Positions 25,000-38,382 of a stretch of DNA of 64,000 nt are shown piece after piece. Source of the DNA: Octopus vulgaris. Its lineage: Eukaryota. Position 1 is the first letter of the stretch. Each line of letters opens with the position of its first letter. A program made the translations under genes and the position numbers. The notes beneath the pieces were generated by a model. That model was not told the DNA's origin. It did no database searches and was given only the letters and a program-made list of their open reading frames with translations. The stretch covers positions 112,778,001-112,842,000 of the forward strand of contig OX597817.1 in NCBI GenBank assembly GCA_951406725.2, in the 5' to 3' direction.

Positions 25000-26620
25000 T
25001 AAGAAAAAGAGAAGGAAAAGATACAAAAGATAAAAGTAGAAAAAATTAAAAAGGCTAAAGGAAAAATAATTAAAGTGAAAAGCATGAAAGTAAAAAAAAA
25101 AACATTAAATCAAAAAATGAAAAAGTCTGAAAATAAAAGTCACACAAAAGAAAAGAAGTGAAAAATTATAAAAATGTAAAAATAAACAGAAGTTTGATAA
25201 AAACCATAAAAATATGAAAAGATACAGAAAATTATAAAAATATGAAAATAAGTAAAACAATGCTAAAAAAGTTATAAAATGATGAAGGAAAGAAGTACAA
25301 AAATATTCTTTTCTACTCTAGGCAGAAGGCCTGAAATTTTGGGGAGTTGGGGCAGTCGATTAGATTGACCCCAGTATGCAACTGGTACTTAATTTACCAA
25401 CCCTGATGGGATGAAAGGCAAAGTCAACCTCAGCGGAATTTGAGCTCAGAGCGTAAAGACAGATTAAATACCACTAAGCATTTCGCCCGGTGTGCTAACG
25501 TTTCTGCCAGCTCACCTTGAAGTACAAAAATATTAAAATGTACAAAATTTTAAAAAGTTATAAGAACAAAATATAGAAAGTAAAAATTATAAACACTTAT
25601 TCAAAACTGAAAAAAAATTGAAAAAATGTATATAAATATAAAATTACACAAAGATAGAATATTATAAAAAACATAAAAAGATTCAAAATTAAAAGAATTA
25701 TAAAAATATAAAGACACAAACATGAAAAAATTTGAAAATATAAAACAACACAAAAGAAGAAAAAATTATAAAAATATAAAGACTCAAATGTAAAAAAATT
25801 ATAAAATGTAAAAAGACAAAAAATTTTTTTAAATAATGAACATATTAAGACTTAAATCTAAAAAAGGAAAGTAAAAAAATTACAAAATCATAACATTAAA
25901 AAAATTTAAGAAATAAAGATATATGATGTAAAAAGATCATAAAAAACATGATTAAAAAGACAGTAAAAACATATAGTCTGAGGATTGCAGGTTCAAATCC
26001 CTATAAGAGTAAGCATGACTGTAGTTAAGAAGCTTGCTTTGCATCCACATGCTTTTGGATTCAATCCCATAGTAAAGCACTTTGGGAAAATATCTTCTGC
26101 TTTAGCCCCAGGACAACCAATGCCTTGTAAAGGAATTTCATTGATGAAAGCTATGTGGAAACCCATGATATATAAATATATAATTGTGTGTGTCTAAGAG
26201 TCTGTGTTTGTTTTCCCAACTACCTCCACTATTGGTTTGTTTATGTCTCCCTAACTTAGCATTTCGGCAAAAGTGACTGACATAATAAGTAGCAGGCTTG
26301 AAAAGTGAGTACTGGGGTTGATCTGTTTGACTCCAATCCCTTCAAGACAGTAAGTGCTCCAGCAATGACTGGAACAAGTAAAAAATAAAAATAAATATAA
26401 AAATACAAATGTTAAAAAAAATTATAAATAACCTAAAAAAGACTGAGAAGTAAAAAAATCACAAATGTATAAAAGACAAAACTAAAAAATATATGAAACA
26501 ATAAGATGCAAAATTTAAGAAATTATAAAATATAAGATGCAAAACAATCATAAAAATAAGATAAATAAAAAATAAAACACTAAAAACATATGACGCAAAA
26601 ATGAAAAGCAATAATAAAAA
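25000..26620 (+). repeat. Extremely A-rich degenerate low-complexity tract (AAAATTATAAAA-like units) interrupted by SINEs
   Basis: Direct reading. Confidence 0.85.
25308..25518 (-). mobile_element. SINE family D, full length with 16-bp TSD
   Basis: GAAGTACAAAAATATT at 25292-25307 and 25519-25534; body GACTTTGCCTTTCATCC..AAGTACCAGTTG shared with 15237-15445, 23413-23543, 27960-28125 and 47625-47838. Confidence 0.85.
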
Positions 26621-27292
26621 TGTGTGGATGTGTGGTATGAAGCTTGCTTCCCAACCACATGGTTCCGGGTTCAGTCCTACTGCGTGGCTCTTTGGGTAAA
26701 TGCTGAGCAATCCACAAACACATGTACCCTTAACATATTTCTCAGTGAGATTCTGTGTGACACAATGTGTGACAAGGCTGGCCCTTTTGAAATACAGGTA
26801 CTACTCATTTTTGCCAGCTGAGTGGACTAGAGCAACGTGAAATAAAGTGTCTTGCTCAAGGATACAATACATTGCCAGGAATTGAACTCATGACCTTACG
26901 ATTGTGGGCCAAATGCCCTAACCACTAGGCCATGCGCCTTCACACACACGCACACACAAATATGACCCTCTGGCCAATAACTGAGGAGTTGGGGACCTTC
27001 TGTATTTATTTTTCATTCTTCTGAGAATTTGCTATATGTTTTTCAACTTGCCATTCTGTGTCTGTTTTCCATTCATTTGTGCATTTACTAAACATTTCTT
27101 TTAACTTGTGCGTGTGTGTGTGTGTGTGTGCATGTGTGTCCATACAGTATCTGTCTATCAAATTCACTCACAAGGCACTGATCAGCTCAGAGCTATTGTA
27201 GAAGACACTTGCCCTAGGTGCCATGTTGTGGGACTGAATTCAAAACCACATGGTCACAAATGAAGCTTCTTAACCACAAAACCATGTCTATA

Positions 27293-27345
<53 letters not shown>

Positions 27346-27379
27346 ACATACATACATATATATGTATACATGTATAAGC

Positions 27380-27665
27380 ACCATTCAAGCATGATTGTTA
27401 CCAGCGTTGCCTTACTGGCACTTGTGCAGGTGGCACGTAAAAAACATGATTTTTTCGTGGCCATTGCCAGTACCGCCTGACTGGCCCTCCTGCCAGTGGC
27501 ACGTAAAAGCACCCACTACACTCTCGGAGTGGTTGGCATTAGGAAGGGCATCCAGCTATAGAAACTCTGCTAGATCAAGATTGGAGCGTAGTACAGCCAT
27601 CTGGTTCACCAGTCCTCAGTCAAATCGTCTAACCAAAGCGGACATTAAACGATGATGATGATGAT
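27380..27665 (+). mobile_element. Family B (RTE 3'UTR-derived) repeat
   Basis: GTGGCACGTAAAA occurs twice, then AGGAAGGGCATCCAGCT and a TTAAACGATGATGATG tail. Confidence 0.75.
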
Positions 27666-27700
27666 GTATATATACATACATATATATATGTATGTGTATA

Positions 27701-27765
<65 letters not shown>

Positions 27766-27822
27766 ATATACATACATATTATATATATATATATATACAT
27801 ACACACACGTATATATACATAT

Positions 27823-27861
<39 letters not shown>

Positions 27862-29227
27862 TCTGTCCACAAATTATATTTACAGCTTTTACAAAAATTT
27901 TTTATAATTCTAAAGATTATTAATGGACACCCTATAAAATACAAATTGATTATTTATATATTTATTTCTTTATTGCCTACAGGGGGCTAAACATAGAGGG
28001 GACAAACCAAGACAGACAAAGGGATTAAGTCAATTACATTGACCCCAGTGCATAACTGGTACTTGTTTAATTGACCCCCAAAAAGATGAAAGGCAAAGTC
28101 GACTTCGGCAGAATTTGAACTCAGATATTGGAAGATATATGATATCTAAAATCATGGTAGAGAAACTACTTATGATAGATGTAAGCTCAGAAAGGATCTG
28201 AGAGGTTATCTTAAGGTTGCTTAGCCTTAATCAAGCAGGCCTGCAATCAAAACAGTCAAAGGTTGTTATTCTTTTATTCTTTTTTTATGCATCCCAGCTC
28301 AAAGGCTGCAGCCATGCTGGAGCACTGCCTGTAAAAATATTTAAATTGCAAATGTTACATATTTATTCACTGCCTGTAAAAATATTTAAACTACAAATTG
28401 TTACATTTTTGCTACAAAAATAACAAAAAATTATACCAACTACTGCAGAATTAGGCCAAAGACAACTATATTGTTTTTGTTTTTTTCAGACAATTATAGT
28501 GTATTTTATTGAAACAGTATTGTATTTTTTAGGACTACACTATCTAGTATATCCATGCCTTTTTGAAGACAGTAAAGTGTTATTTGATAGAAACTTGGCT
28601 GCTATTTCTAGCTGTTCAAGCAAGTGACCATGAAGAAATTTCCTTGTTGGCTGAGAGTTAATCTTGTCAAACATGTAATCAGATGTATACCAATATCTAT
28701 AAGGATAACTAAACACACACATGCACGCACACACACACACACACACACATACACACATGTACCATACAACTCCCAACATACTCTCACTCTCTCTCCCTCA
28801 CACACACATAAACACACACACACATACATCATCAAAAAATACTAAAGAGGAGCTAATGGTTGTCATAGCAATAAAACTACTCCACAGGGAGATGAAACTC
28901 TACCATTAATTACTGCAACAAAGTGTTAAACCATGAGGTCAGTATTGAACTATTATGCACAATTGTAAGCACACATGGACACAGACACATACACACACAC
29001 ACACACAATTGTTTTCTCTACCACCCAGTCATCATAATCACCACCATCACCTTATTCTGCAGCCTCCGCAATCAACGTCCATCAGTGGTCATACAATATA
29101 CTGCTACACTTTTTTTCATTGGTTTCAGTCATTCTATGTAATCATACTGGAGTACCACCTTGAACTCTAACTCCCAATATTTTGTGTGGTACTTATTTTA
29201 TCTATTTCCATCATAAAGAGAAATAGT

Positions 29228-29648
29228 AGGCGCAGGAGTGGCTGTGTGGTAAGTAGCTTGCTTATGAACCACATGGTTCTGGGTTCAGTCCCACTGCGTG
29301 GCACCTTGGGCAAGTGTCTTCTACTATAGCATCGGGCCAACCTAAGCCTTGTGAGTGGATTTGGTAGACGGAAACTGAAAGAAGCCTGTCGTATATATGT
29401 ATATATATATATATATGCGTGTGTGTGTTTGTGTGTCTGTGTTTGTCCCCCTAGCATTGCTTGACAACCGATGCTGGTGTGTTTATGTCTCCGTTACTAA
29501 GCGGTTCAGCAAAAGAGACCGATAGAATAAGTACTGGGCTTACAAAAGAATAAGTCCCGGGGTCGAGTTGCTCGACTAAAGGCGGTGCTCCAGCATGGCC
29601 ACAGCCAGATGACTGAAACAAGTAAAAGAGTAAAAGAGAAAGAGTAAA
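29228..29648 (+). mobile_element. SINE family A reference copy: tRNA head, internal (TA)n(TG)n, (GAGTAAAA)n tail
   Basis: TGGCTGTGTGG A-box, GGTTCAGTCCC B-box; more than 10 related copies in the window. Confidence 0.85.
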
Positions 29649-29704
29649 GTTAATCTGGGTGTAAAAAAAGGATATAATAAGCATGTAATAAAATACCAGA
29701 ATGT

Positions 29705-30052
29705 AAAAGAGTAAAGACTCCCTTTGGCCATGAATGACCATGGGATTGCACCAAGAAAGTTCCCCTCCAAGGCACAAGTCTGAGTAAGGTTGTTTTTTAT
29801 GGAAGACCAGCAGTTGTCCATGCATAACCATCTCCCCTCTCCAAGTTACCAATGTTATCCATGGGAAAGGCAAAGGTCAATACAGCTTGGTGCCAGTGAT
29901 GTCATGATTCACCTCTATAGCTGAGTTAACTGGGACAGCATGAAATAAAGTGTCTTGCTCAAGAACACAACACATAGCCTGGTCTGGGAATTGAACTCAT
30001 TACCACATAATTGAGAGCCCAACGCCCTAACCAGTGAGTCACATGCCTTCAC
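29705..30052 (-). mobile_element. SINE family E, full length
   Basis: Minus-strand tRNA head with GAGTTCAATTCC, body TTCTTGAGCAAGACACTTTATTTC, (TTTACTC)n-like tail. Confidence 0.75.
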
Positions 30053-30801
30053 ACCAGAATGTGACTGTTTTATATATTGATTCTGCCAACCTATGCAGGC
30101 ATGAGCATACATATATACATATATATATATACTTACATAAATGCATAAACATAAACACAACTACACACATGAGCACACACACACACACACATACACACAC
30201 ACACACACTCACACACATCATTTTATAACTGTATCGACCAGACTATCAGATGTTGTTACACACCACTGGTCATGATCTGCTTCTTTGCATTGTTGTAGTT
30301 TTTGAATGATGTCACCTTGCTGCCTTGGTGAGCAGACAATGATTCTCCCTGAACAGAATGCCACTCCATCACAGGGTTATCCAATTACTACTGACTGCCA
30401 CCATTTACACACAATTATACACACACACACACACACACATGTATATGTGTGTGTGTGTGTGTGTTATATATATATATATATATATATATTCTTTTACTTG
30501 TTCCAGTTATTTGATTGCAGCCATGCTAGAGCACCGCCTTTAAGGGATTTAGTCAAACAAGTCTACCCCAGGATTTATGCTTTAAGCCTAGTATTCATTC
30601 TGTCGGTCTCTTTTGCGAAGCTGCTAAGTTACAGAGACCTAAACACACCCGTACTGGTTGTCAAGTGGTGATGGGGGAACAAACACCAACACAAATCCAT
30701 CTACCAAATCCACTCACAAGGCTTTGGACGATCTGAGGTTATAATAGAAGACATACCCACACCTGCAACTATATATATCTCATTTATTTCTTTGCCACAT
30801 T

Positions 30802-30854
30802 TATCACTGACGAAGGGAGGGTCCTTATGAACTAACCCTGAAATCTGTCCGATA
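30802..30854 (+). ncRNA. Type I hammerhead ribozyme motif in a PLE-like terminal repeat
   Basis: TATCA-CTGACGA-AGGG...CCCT-GAAA-TCT-GTC-CGATA. Confidence 0.6.
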
Positions 30855-31107
30855 TGGTAATAATGGAATTTTTTAGAAATTTCTGTCGACCTTTTTTTGA
30901 GTAGCGTGCGTATTGTGAAAAATCATATGGTTATGGACAAGGTGTCTAATTTCAGCATATTTGGCATTAGAAATTTTTTCGTTTGCCCTTATTTATAAGT
31001 TGTTTATAAATTTAAAGGTATTTTTTAATATGCTGGCCATTGATAAATTTTTTTTTTCAAAAAAATTTTATCCTACATTAAATATTATATATACATATGT
31101 ATGTATG

Positions 31108-31184
<77 letters not shown>

Positions 31185-31194
31185 GTGTGTGTAT

Positions 31195-31590
31195 ATAGTT
31201 GAAATTTACAGAAAAAACAAAAGATGAAGACAGGTGTATAAAAAACAAACAGGTGCTCAGGAAAGTGAGAAAGTCTTTTACATTTTGAGCCTATGCTCTT
31301 CAACAGAAGGGAACTCAGGAAAATAAAATTCCAGTTGAGTACACAGATAAAACCAACCCTATGAGTATTTAGTGCCTAGGGGCTGGTCCAAAGCACATGT
31401 TATGTTGATTGTATGTTGCTGGTATACTCCAGGGTGTCCAACATCTCGTAAATCCCTTTGGTGTATTTTAATCAAATGAATAATAACAGACAAGGGATAA
31501 TTGTTGGGAGGGCAGAGATGACATGAAATTGTTCAGTTCTGAAGATAGGGACTATTGCAGAAAAGCAGAGCAAGGAGATAACATATCTGT
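31195..31590 (-). mobile_element. Degenerate PLE end with hammerhead remnant at 31274-31309
   Basis: CTT-CTGTTGA-AGAGC-ATAG-GCTC-AAAAT-GTA-AAAG; related segment at 51130-51250; weak TISCHLCP..RDLRDV GIY-YIG-like trace upstream. Confidence 0.45.
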
Positions 31591-31758
31591 AGACCAAAGT
31601 GTGGAGTATGTTAGCTTCACAATCACATGGTTCTGAGTTCAGTCTCACTGACAGGCAGTTTGGACAAGTACCTCAAATTGATGACAGCCTTGTGAATGAA
31701 ATTTTGTTTATAAAAACTGGGAAGAGTCCATCAGATATACATATATGCATGCATATAT

Positions 31759-31817
<59 letters not shown>

Positions 31818-31922
31818 TATATATATAATATTAGGGAATATTATTCCAAACTTACAGGAAAAAACTCAATTTAGTAATACTAAATCAAATTTCACAATAT
31901 AATAAATAAAAAGTATATAATT

Positions 31923-31971
<49 letters not shown>

Positions 31972-32102
31972 TTTATTTAAATAAAGCATATTACTCTACC
32001 CCTGGTATTTGAGTACTCTTTTTCCACCTTGTTTCACATTTATGTGTTTACTCCGGTATATATAAATAAAATTAATAATAACAGAGGATTGATAATTGTC
32101 AG

Positions 32103-32187
32103 CTCATTACAGCTGTTTCTTATGCATTTTTTAAATAGAAGAGTGAGAACATTACTTAATTGTAAAAGACAGTAATCATCAGATGAA
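32103..32187 (-). ncRNA. Type I hammerhead ribozyme motif with long stem II loop
   Basis: TTCAT-CTGATGA-TTA...TAA-GAAAC-AGCT-GTA-ATGAG; palindromic stem III ACAGCTGT. Confidence 0.65.
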
Positions 32188-33866
32188 ATATAATTTCAAA
32201 ATTTTTTTCATGGTAAGCCTCGACAGACTTTAGCCACATCCCTGGTATATTCTTGGAATATTCTTTTGTTTTTGAAATTATGTCATGTTCTCATTTTTCT
32301 ATTTAAAAAAAGGATAGCTGTAATGAGCTGGCAATTATCCATCCTCTGTTACTATTCATTCCCAGAATCATGATTCTCTGAAATTCCTATCCCCACCCAT
32401 ATTTTTATCTGCAATTGTAAGAGGAACGTTACTAACTTAAGCTCTTTACTCTCTAAGAAGCATAGGCCACCAGTAAGTGTTCTCCATTGATCTCAACATT
32501 GGGCGCTCTTTTCTGCTTCTCTCCAGTTGGACCCCTTCTTATTTAGCTCTGTCAGACTATCTTGTCTCCCAAAGGGGCAGCCTTTCTCTCTCAGGTCTTG
32601 TTTGTTTTAGATTTATTATTGATATCTCATTAACTTGGCTTCTTTTTTTTTTTCTAGGTAAGCATGCTGGCCCTATGCAAACACATTTTTACCTCTGGAA
32701 AGCGATAGTCCATATTAGTTTATCTTTTAGGCCAATCTATCCTTTGATTTGTCCATAATGGGATATCCAACAAGAAGCTCATGTTCCACAAGCATAGCTC
32801 TCAGGGTTAGGGTTAGGGTAGTGTACAAACTACCAAACTGCAACAGGGGCTAGACTTTGTTGTCTCGAGGAACATATCTAGGGTGAGAAAACCTGGCGGA
32901 ACCCATCACTCTCCATGCTAAACTCATTTCTATAGCTAAGTGAACTGGAGCAATGCTCAAGAACACAACAGATCGCCCAGTCCAGGGATCAAAACCACAG
33001 TCTTATGGTCATGAATCCAACATCCTAACCACTAAGCAATGTGCCTCCACTAGTGATACTCATTTCTACAGCTGAGTGGATTGGAGCAACATAAAGAACA
33101 CAATGCATTGCCTGGTCCAAGAATCGAAACTACAATCTTACAATTGTGAGTCCAACATCTTACCCACTAAGTCACGTGCCTCTACTAGAGAAGCAATAAT
33201 TATGTTTATTTCACCAACCTTGAAGACCTTGCACAGCTCCTTCCTCCAGACCCCCCAAAAATCACCCACATGTAATCATACCTTCGTCTACTTCTATCTG
33301 TATCATATATTCTGTGCCATTCACATTCCCTAATATAAAGTAACCTTTTAGTATTCAGATTACTTTGTCAACTGTAAAGCATATTCATTCACGTTGCTTT
33401 GAGTTAATCATATATTATCTGGTAGCTTTGAGATTTCGATGATGTGATTGTTTATTTTTAGAATGACATTGTAGGGTAGGTGTGAAAGGCAACAGCTGGT
33501 TAGTTTGAACATAAAACAAGTTGAATATTTGGGCCTGATATGGCCAGTTTAAATGCTAAAGGATTAATATTGAGCCAGCAAGAGTGTCCGTATATGGTTG
33601 CTCATTGTTCTAGAAATAGCAGCCAAATCTTCAAATTATGCCTCAGTATTTTAGCCAAAGAACACAGTGGATATTGTAGTCCCATTGTTAAAAAAATCAA
33701 AAGACATAATGGCCATCATTGGAGTGACTCTGATTAAAGGTCTTTTTGATAATAAGTGCCTTGGAGATAAAGAACATAATAATATAGTCGCATGGCAGTC
33801 ATAGTTTTTGATGCTTATTTTTATATGAAGTCTGCACATGCACACACACACATACACGCACGCACG

Positions 33867-33929
<63 letters not shown>

Positions 33930-34444
33930 TCATACATATTACACACATCTATTCACCTATGCAGCCAAATATTAATGCATTTCAAGTTTGGTTGCTCATG
34001 CTTTCTCACAGATTCTTGGAGTCATTCATCCAGTCACAGACTTATACGCAGATGTAACGTGATGATAAATCTTCTTTTCGCTCTGACACATTTACTGAAG
34101 TAGACAAAAGTCTAAACCATTCTTCTTGAACAATTTATCTTAGAAACAATAATATATTCCTATCTCCACAACAGAGAACATATGACTGATTCAACATAAA
34201 ATTGGCTGGCATGCTTTAAAGTCATGCATTTACACAGACATGCTTCAGTTACAAGCAGTAAATCAAATGTACTAAGATATATGCTCATACACATGCACAC
34301 TTACACTGATACATGTGCACAAGAGTATATTCATATGTGTGTGTGTGTGTGTGTGTGTGTATACATATATGCACTTACATATATACATATGTGCATATGT
34401 GTGTGTGTGTGTATGCATATGTATGTATATTTTATATAACTTAA

Positions 34445-36060
34445 GTATTTCGGATTGCAAGACAGTGTGTGAGAGAGAATTGTGATGTCACAGGAGAGAA
34501 ATGTGTCTGCATGGATGATGGTGCACTGGCATTTAATGATAATGATTCTGCAAAGAAAAATGCTTGGAGATGCCATTATGAAAGACTGCTGAATGTGGAG
34601 AATGAATGGGAGGAGGAGAGCCTGCCAAATGTTGACCCAGTTGAGGGACCAGCTACCTGAATCGATAGCACCCTGGTAGACAAAGCAATTAAGGATATGA
34701 AGTCAGTGAAAGCCCCCAGTCAATCAGGAATCAGTGCTGAGATGCTTAAAATATCTGATATTGTAAGTCCACGAAGGAGTCATACCCAATGACTGGTGTA
34801 GCAGCATCATAGTCAACTTCTACAAAGGTAAAGGTAATGCTTTAGTTAGAAATAACTACAGGGGTATCAAATTGCTTGATCAGGTGATGAAGGCCATGGA
34901 GAGGGTCATAGCCCAACTAGTTAGGGAGAAAGTTAGCCTAGATGAGATGCAGTTTGGTTTTGTGCCAGGTAGAAGCACCACTGATGCTATATTTCTGGTA
35001 AGGTAACTGCAAGAGAAATACCTAGCCAAAGATAAACCTCTTTACTTGGCTTTTGTTGACTTGGAGAAAGCCTTTGACAGGGTTCTCTGATCCCTTATCT
35101 GGTGGGCAATGCAGAAACTAGGGATACACAAGTGGTTAGTAAGAGCTGTACAGGGATGCTGTCAGTAAGGTGAAGGTTGGCAATGAGTATAGTGAAGAAT
35201 TCCAGATAGAAGTAGCAGTTCACCAAGAATCATTCCTCAGCCCCATCTTATTCATCATAGTCCTCCAGGCAATAACAGAGGAATTCAAGACAGGAGGCCC
35301 CTGGGATCTCCTCTATGCTGATAACCTTGCTCTCATAGCTGGATCACTACCAGAACTAGAGAAGAAATTTCAGGTGTGGAAGCAAGGTCTAGAATTGAAG
35401 GGCCTTAGAGTCAATGTAGCAAAAACCAAAGTTCTAGTAAGTAGGAAGGTGGACAAATCACAAACCCCTTCAGGTAGATGGCCCTGCTTGATCTGTAAAA
35501 AAAGGTGTAGGTAGAAACTCCATAAGATATACCCAGTGTAAGCTATGGACACATAAAAGGTGCAGCAATATCAAAGGAAGGTAAACAGGATGATAGTTTT
35601 TGTGTGCGGAAGATGCACAGGGGCAATAAACACTGAAGATGTTCAGAAAACAGATTCCATCACATTCCAGGGTGAGAAACTAGAAGTAGTTGATAGCTTC
35701 CATTACCTAGGTGACTAAGTCTGTAGTTAGGGTGGATGCTCTGAGAGTATTGCAACGAGAAGAAGAATAGCCTGGGCAAAGTTCAGAAAGCCCTTACCTC
35801 TGCTGGTAACAAAGGCCCTCTTGCTCAGAGTGAAAGGTAGACTGTATGATGCATATGTGCAAACAGCCGTGCTACAGTGAAACATGGACCATGACTGTTG
35901 AGGACATACATAGACTTGAAAGAAATGAAGCTAGCATGATAGGATGTGTAAGTGCCCTGAGAGAAATATTGGACATAAGAAGTATCAGCTGTAGTGTACA
36001 CTGGTATGTATGGATGAGGAAAGCTGTGAGCAGATGTGTCACACCATAACAGTGGAAGGA
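34445..36060 (+). mobile_element. RTE-clade LINE reverse transcriptase pseudogene
   Basis: NYRGIKLL..QFGFVPGRSTTDAIF..AFVDLEKAFDRV..LSPILFIIVL..LLYADNLALIA..YSETW, with stops and frameshifts. Confidence 0.92.
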
Positions 36061-36432
36061 ACCCTTTGGTTATAAATGACCATGGGATTGCACCCAGAAA
36101 GTTCACATCCAAGGCACAAGTCTGAGCAGTCACCCATACATACCAGCCTCCTCCCTCCATGCCACCAATGTTATTCAAGGAAAAGGCAAAAGCCAGTACT
36201 GATTGGCACCAACATATTTCTATAGCTGAGTGAACTGGTGCAATGTGAAATCAAGTGTCTTGCTGAAGAGCACAACACACAGCCTGGTCCAGGAATCAAA
36301 CTCGCTACCACATGATTGTGAGGCTGATGCTCTAACCACTGAGCCATGTGCATACACACATATATACATACATACATACATACATACATGCATACATTTA
36401 TATATATATATATATATATATTATATCATATA

Positions 36433-36637
36433 TCTTAATATATAAAATCCATTCTGTCTGTTTGTGTGCTTATAACTCAAGTATTGTTCATCCGATCATG
36501 CTGAAATTTTAAACATGGATACATGAGAGCGCGGGGCATTCCGTAATCTAAAAATTGTTAGTTTCAAAGTGAGATTCGCTATTTTTGTAATCTTTTTTGT
36601 TCTGCTATTAAAAGCAACCAGTTGCTCAGACAGCCAG
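36433..36637 (+). mobile_element. Probable non-autonomous Helitron
   Basis: A|TCTTAATATATAAAA..CTGTCTGTTTG 5' end; GCAACCAGTTGC hairpin close to a CCAG|T 3' end (CTAG variant). Confidence 0.45.
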
Positions 36638-37254
36638 TATATACCATTTTGCTAGCAACAAGGGGAGTGCAGGATAACAGGCAGCCAAAACCATCACTAT
36701 GCTGTCTCTCTTATGACATCCAATTCCACTTGAAGTTGTATATATGTTGTGTTAAGATTCGTTATCAATCAATTATCCTTATTGAGAAGAAACAGTCAAA
36801 AGTAACCACCACATACAATCACCAAACATCCCCACTACTTAACACCGTCCAGTTTAACCCTCTTCACCTTTACATCTGACATGAAAATCTATGAGGAAAG
36901 TAAAAAATGAGAAGAAATTGATTACTATTAAAATGCGTAACATTTTGGGGTTAATAATCTTAATCTTTAGTTACAGGTTCTCATTCAAACTACATAATAG
37001 ACAGTAGGGTGTTTTGAGGGAGATTTGGCTGCTATTTTTACTAGATCTAGCTACCATTTAGAGGTCTTCTTCATTGGCTTATACATACATATATACATAA
37101 AATCAAAATAAAATACTTAAAGCAACAGGCATCAAATGCAAAAGCCAAGGTCCATGCAGTGTCATGGGCCAAAAAAATTCCAATTTCTTGCCTATGCCTA
37201 ATGCAAGCCCTTATCTATTTCTGTATTACGTCTATATTGTAATGTAAGATACAT

Positions 37255-38382
37255 TAATTTTTGTCCATTCTTCAGCTAAAACAGTTTTCAGTTCTTGTAG
37301 TGATGACGTTTGAGGATATTGGCTCCTTACTTGTTTTCCTAAAATGCACCATAAATGTTCAATAATATTGAGATCTGGTGACTGTGGTAGCCAGATAAGA
37401 TGTTCAACTTCACTAGAATGTTCCTCGTGCCATTCAGTAGCAACTTTAGCTGTGTGAATTGGAGTATTATCATCCTGAAAAATTTTTGTTTCCCTCCAGA
37501 CACAGTTTTGCAAGCATAAGATGAATTTGATCAGATAAAATGCTTAAATAGTCTTGACTATTAATTCTGCCATGAAGGGAAACCATTGGGCCAGTGTATT
37601 TCCAAGATCTCCAGATCATCACAGATTTTCCTCCATGTTTAACAGTTGGAAGAAGGCAGTCTAGGTCAAATGCTTCTTTTGGCTGTCTCCACATGTATTC
37701 TCAGCCAGTGGTTGGAAATAAGGTAATGGATGACTCATCCAAGAAAAGAACTTTCTTCCACTGCTCTAGGGACCAATTCTGTAGGTTTTTACTCTACTCT
37801 AAATGCTTTGCAATGTTTGTTTTTGAAAGTAGTGGTTTTCTGATTGCAGCCCTCCCGGGAAATCCTGCTTTGTATAGCTCCTTGTGAACAGTTTTTTGTG
37901 GAAACTGGGTTCTCAAGGTGATCATAAAGCTCTGCAGTAATTTTGGGGGCTGTACATTTGTAATCCTTTCTAACAATTCGTATAAGAATCTGATGGTCCC
38001 TATCTGAAAGTTTTGGTTTTCTTCCAGAGTTTTGTTTCAACAAGGAGGTTTTTCCCTCTTTTTCAAAGGCTGTCATTTCTTTCAAGACAGTACTTCTTGA
38101 TACACCAAATATTTCGGCTGTTTTCATTACAGTAGTGCCTGCCATATGAACACCAACAATTCGACCTCTTTGAAAGTTCAATAGATCTGTCATTTTAATG
38201 AATTTTAATTACCTTTTCCTGATGATATCTGAAAAGAAACAACAAATTTAGCAAAATATATTAAGCAACACTAATAATAAATCAAAAAGCATAAAAATAA
38301 ACAAGCTTTTGATGGTTTTATAGATATTTAAAAATTATGATGCTATGATGCTAGGTGGTTCCATTATATTGTCCAACCCCTC
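37255..38382 (-). mobile_element. Tc1-family transposon with frameshifted DD34E transposase, 3' end missing
   Basis: ORFs 37789-38193, 37470-37694 and 37232-37513: PTVKHGGKSVMIW, FQDDNTPIH, WLPQSPDLNIIEHLW. Confidence 0.92.

Noticed and set aside
28323-28410. About 45-bp local tandem duplication
   Set aside because: Ordinary slippage or duplication with no further structure
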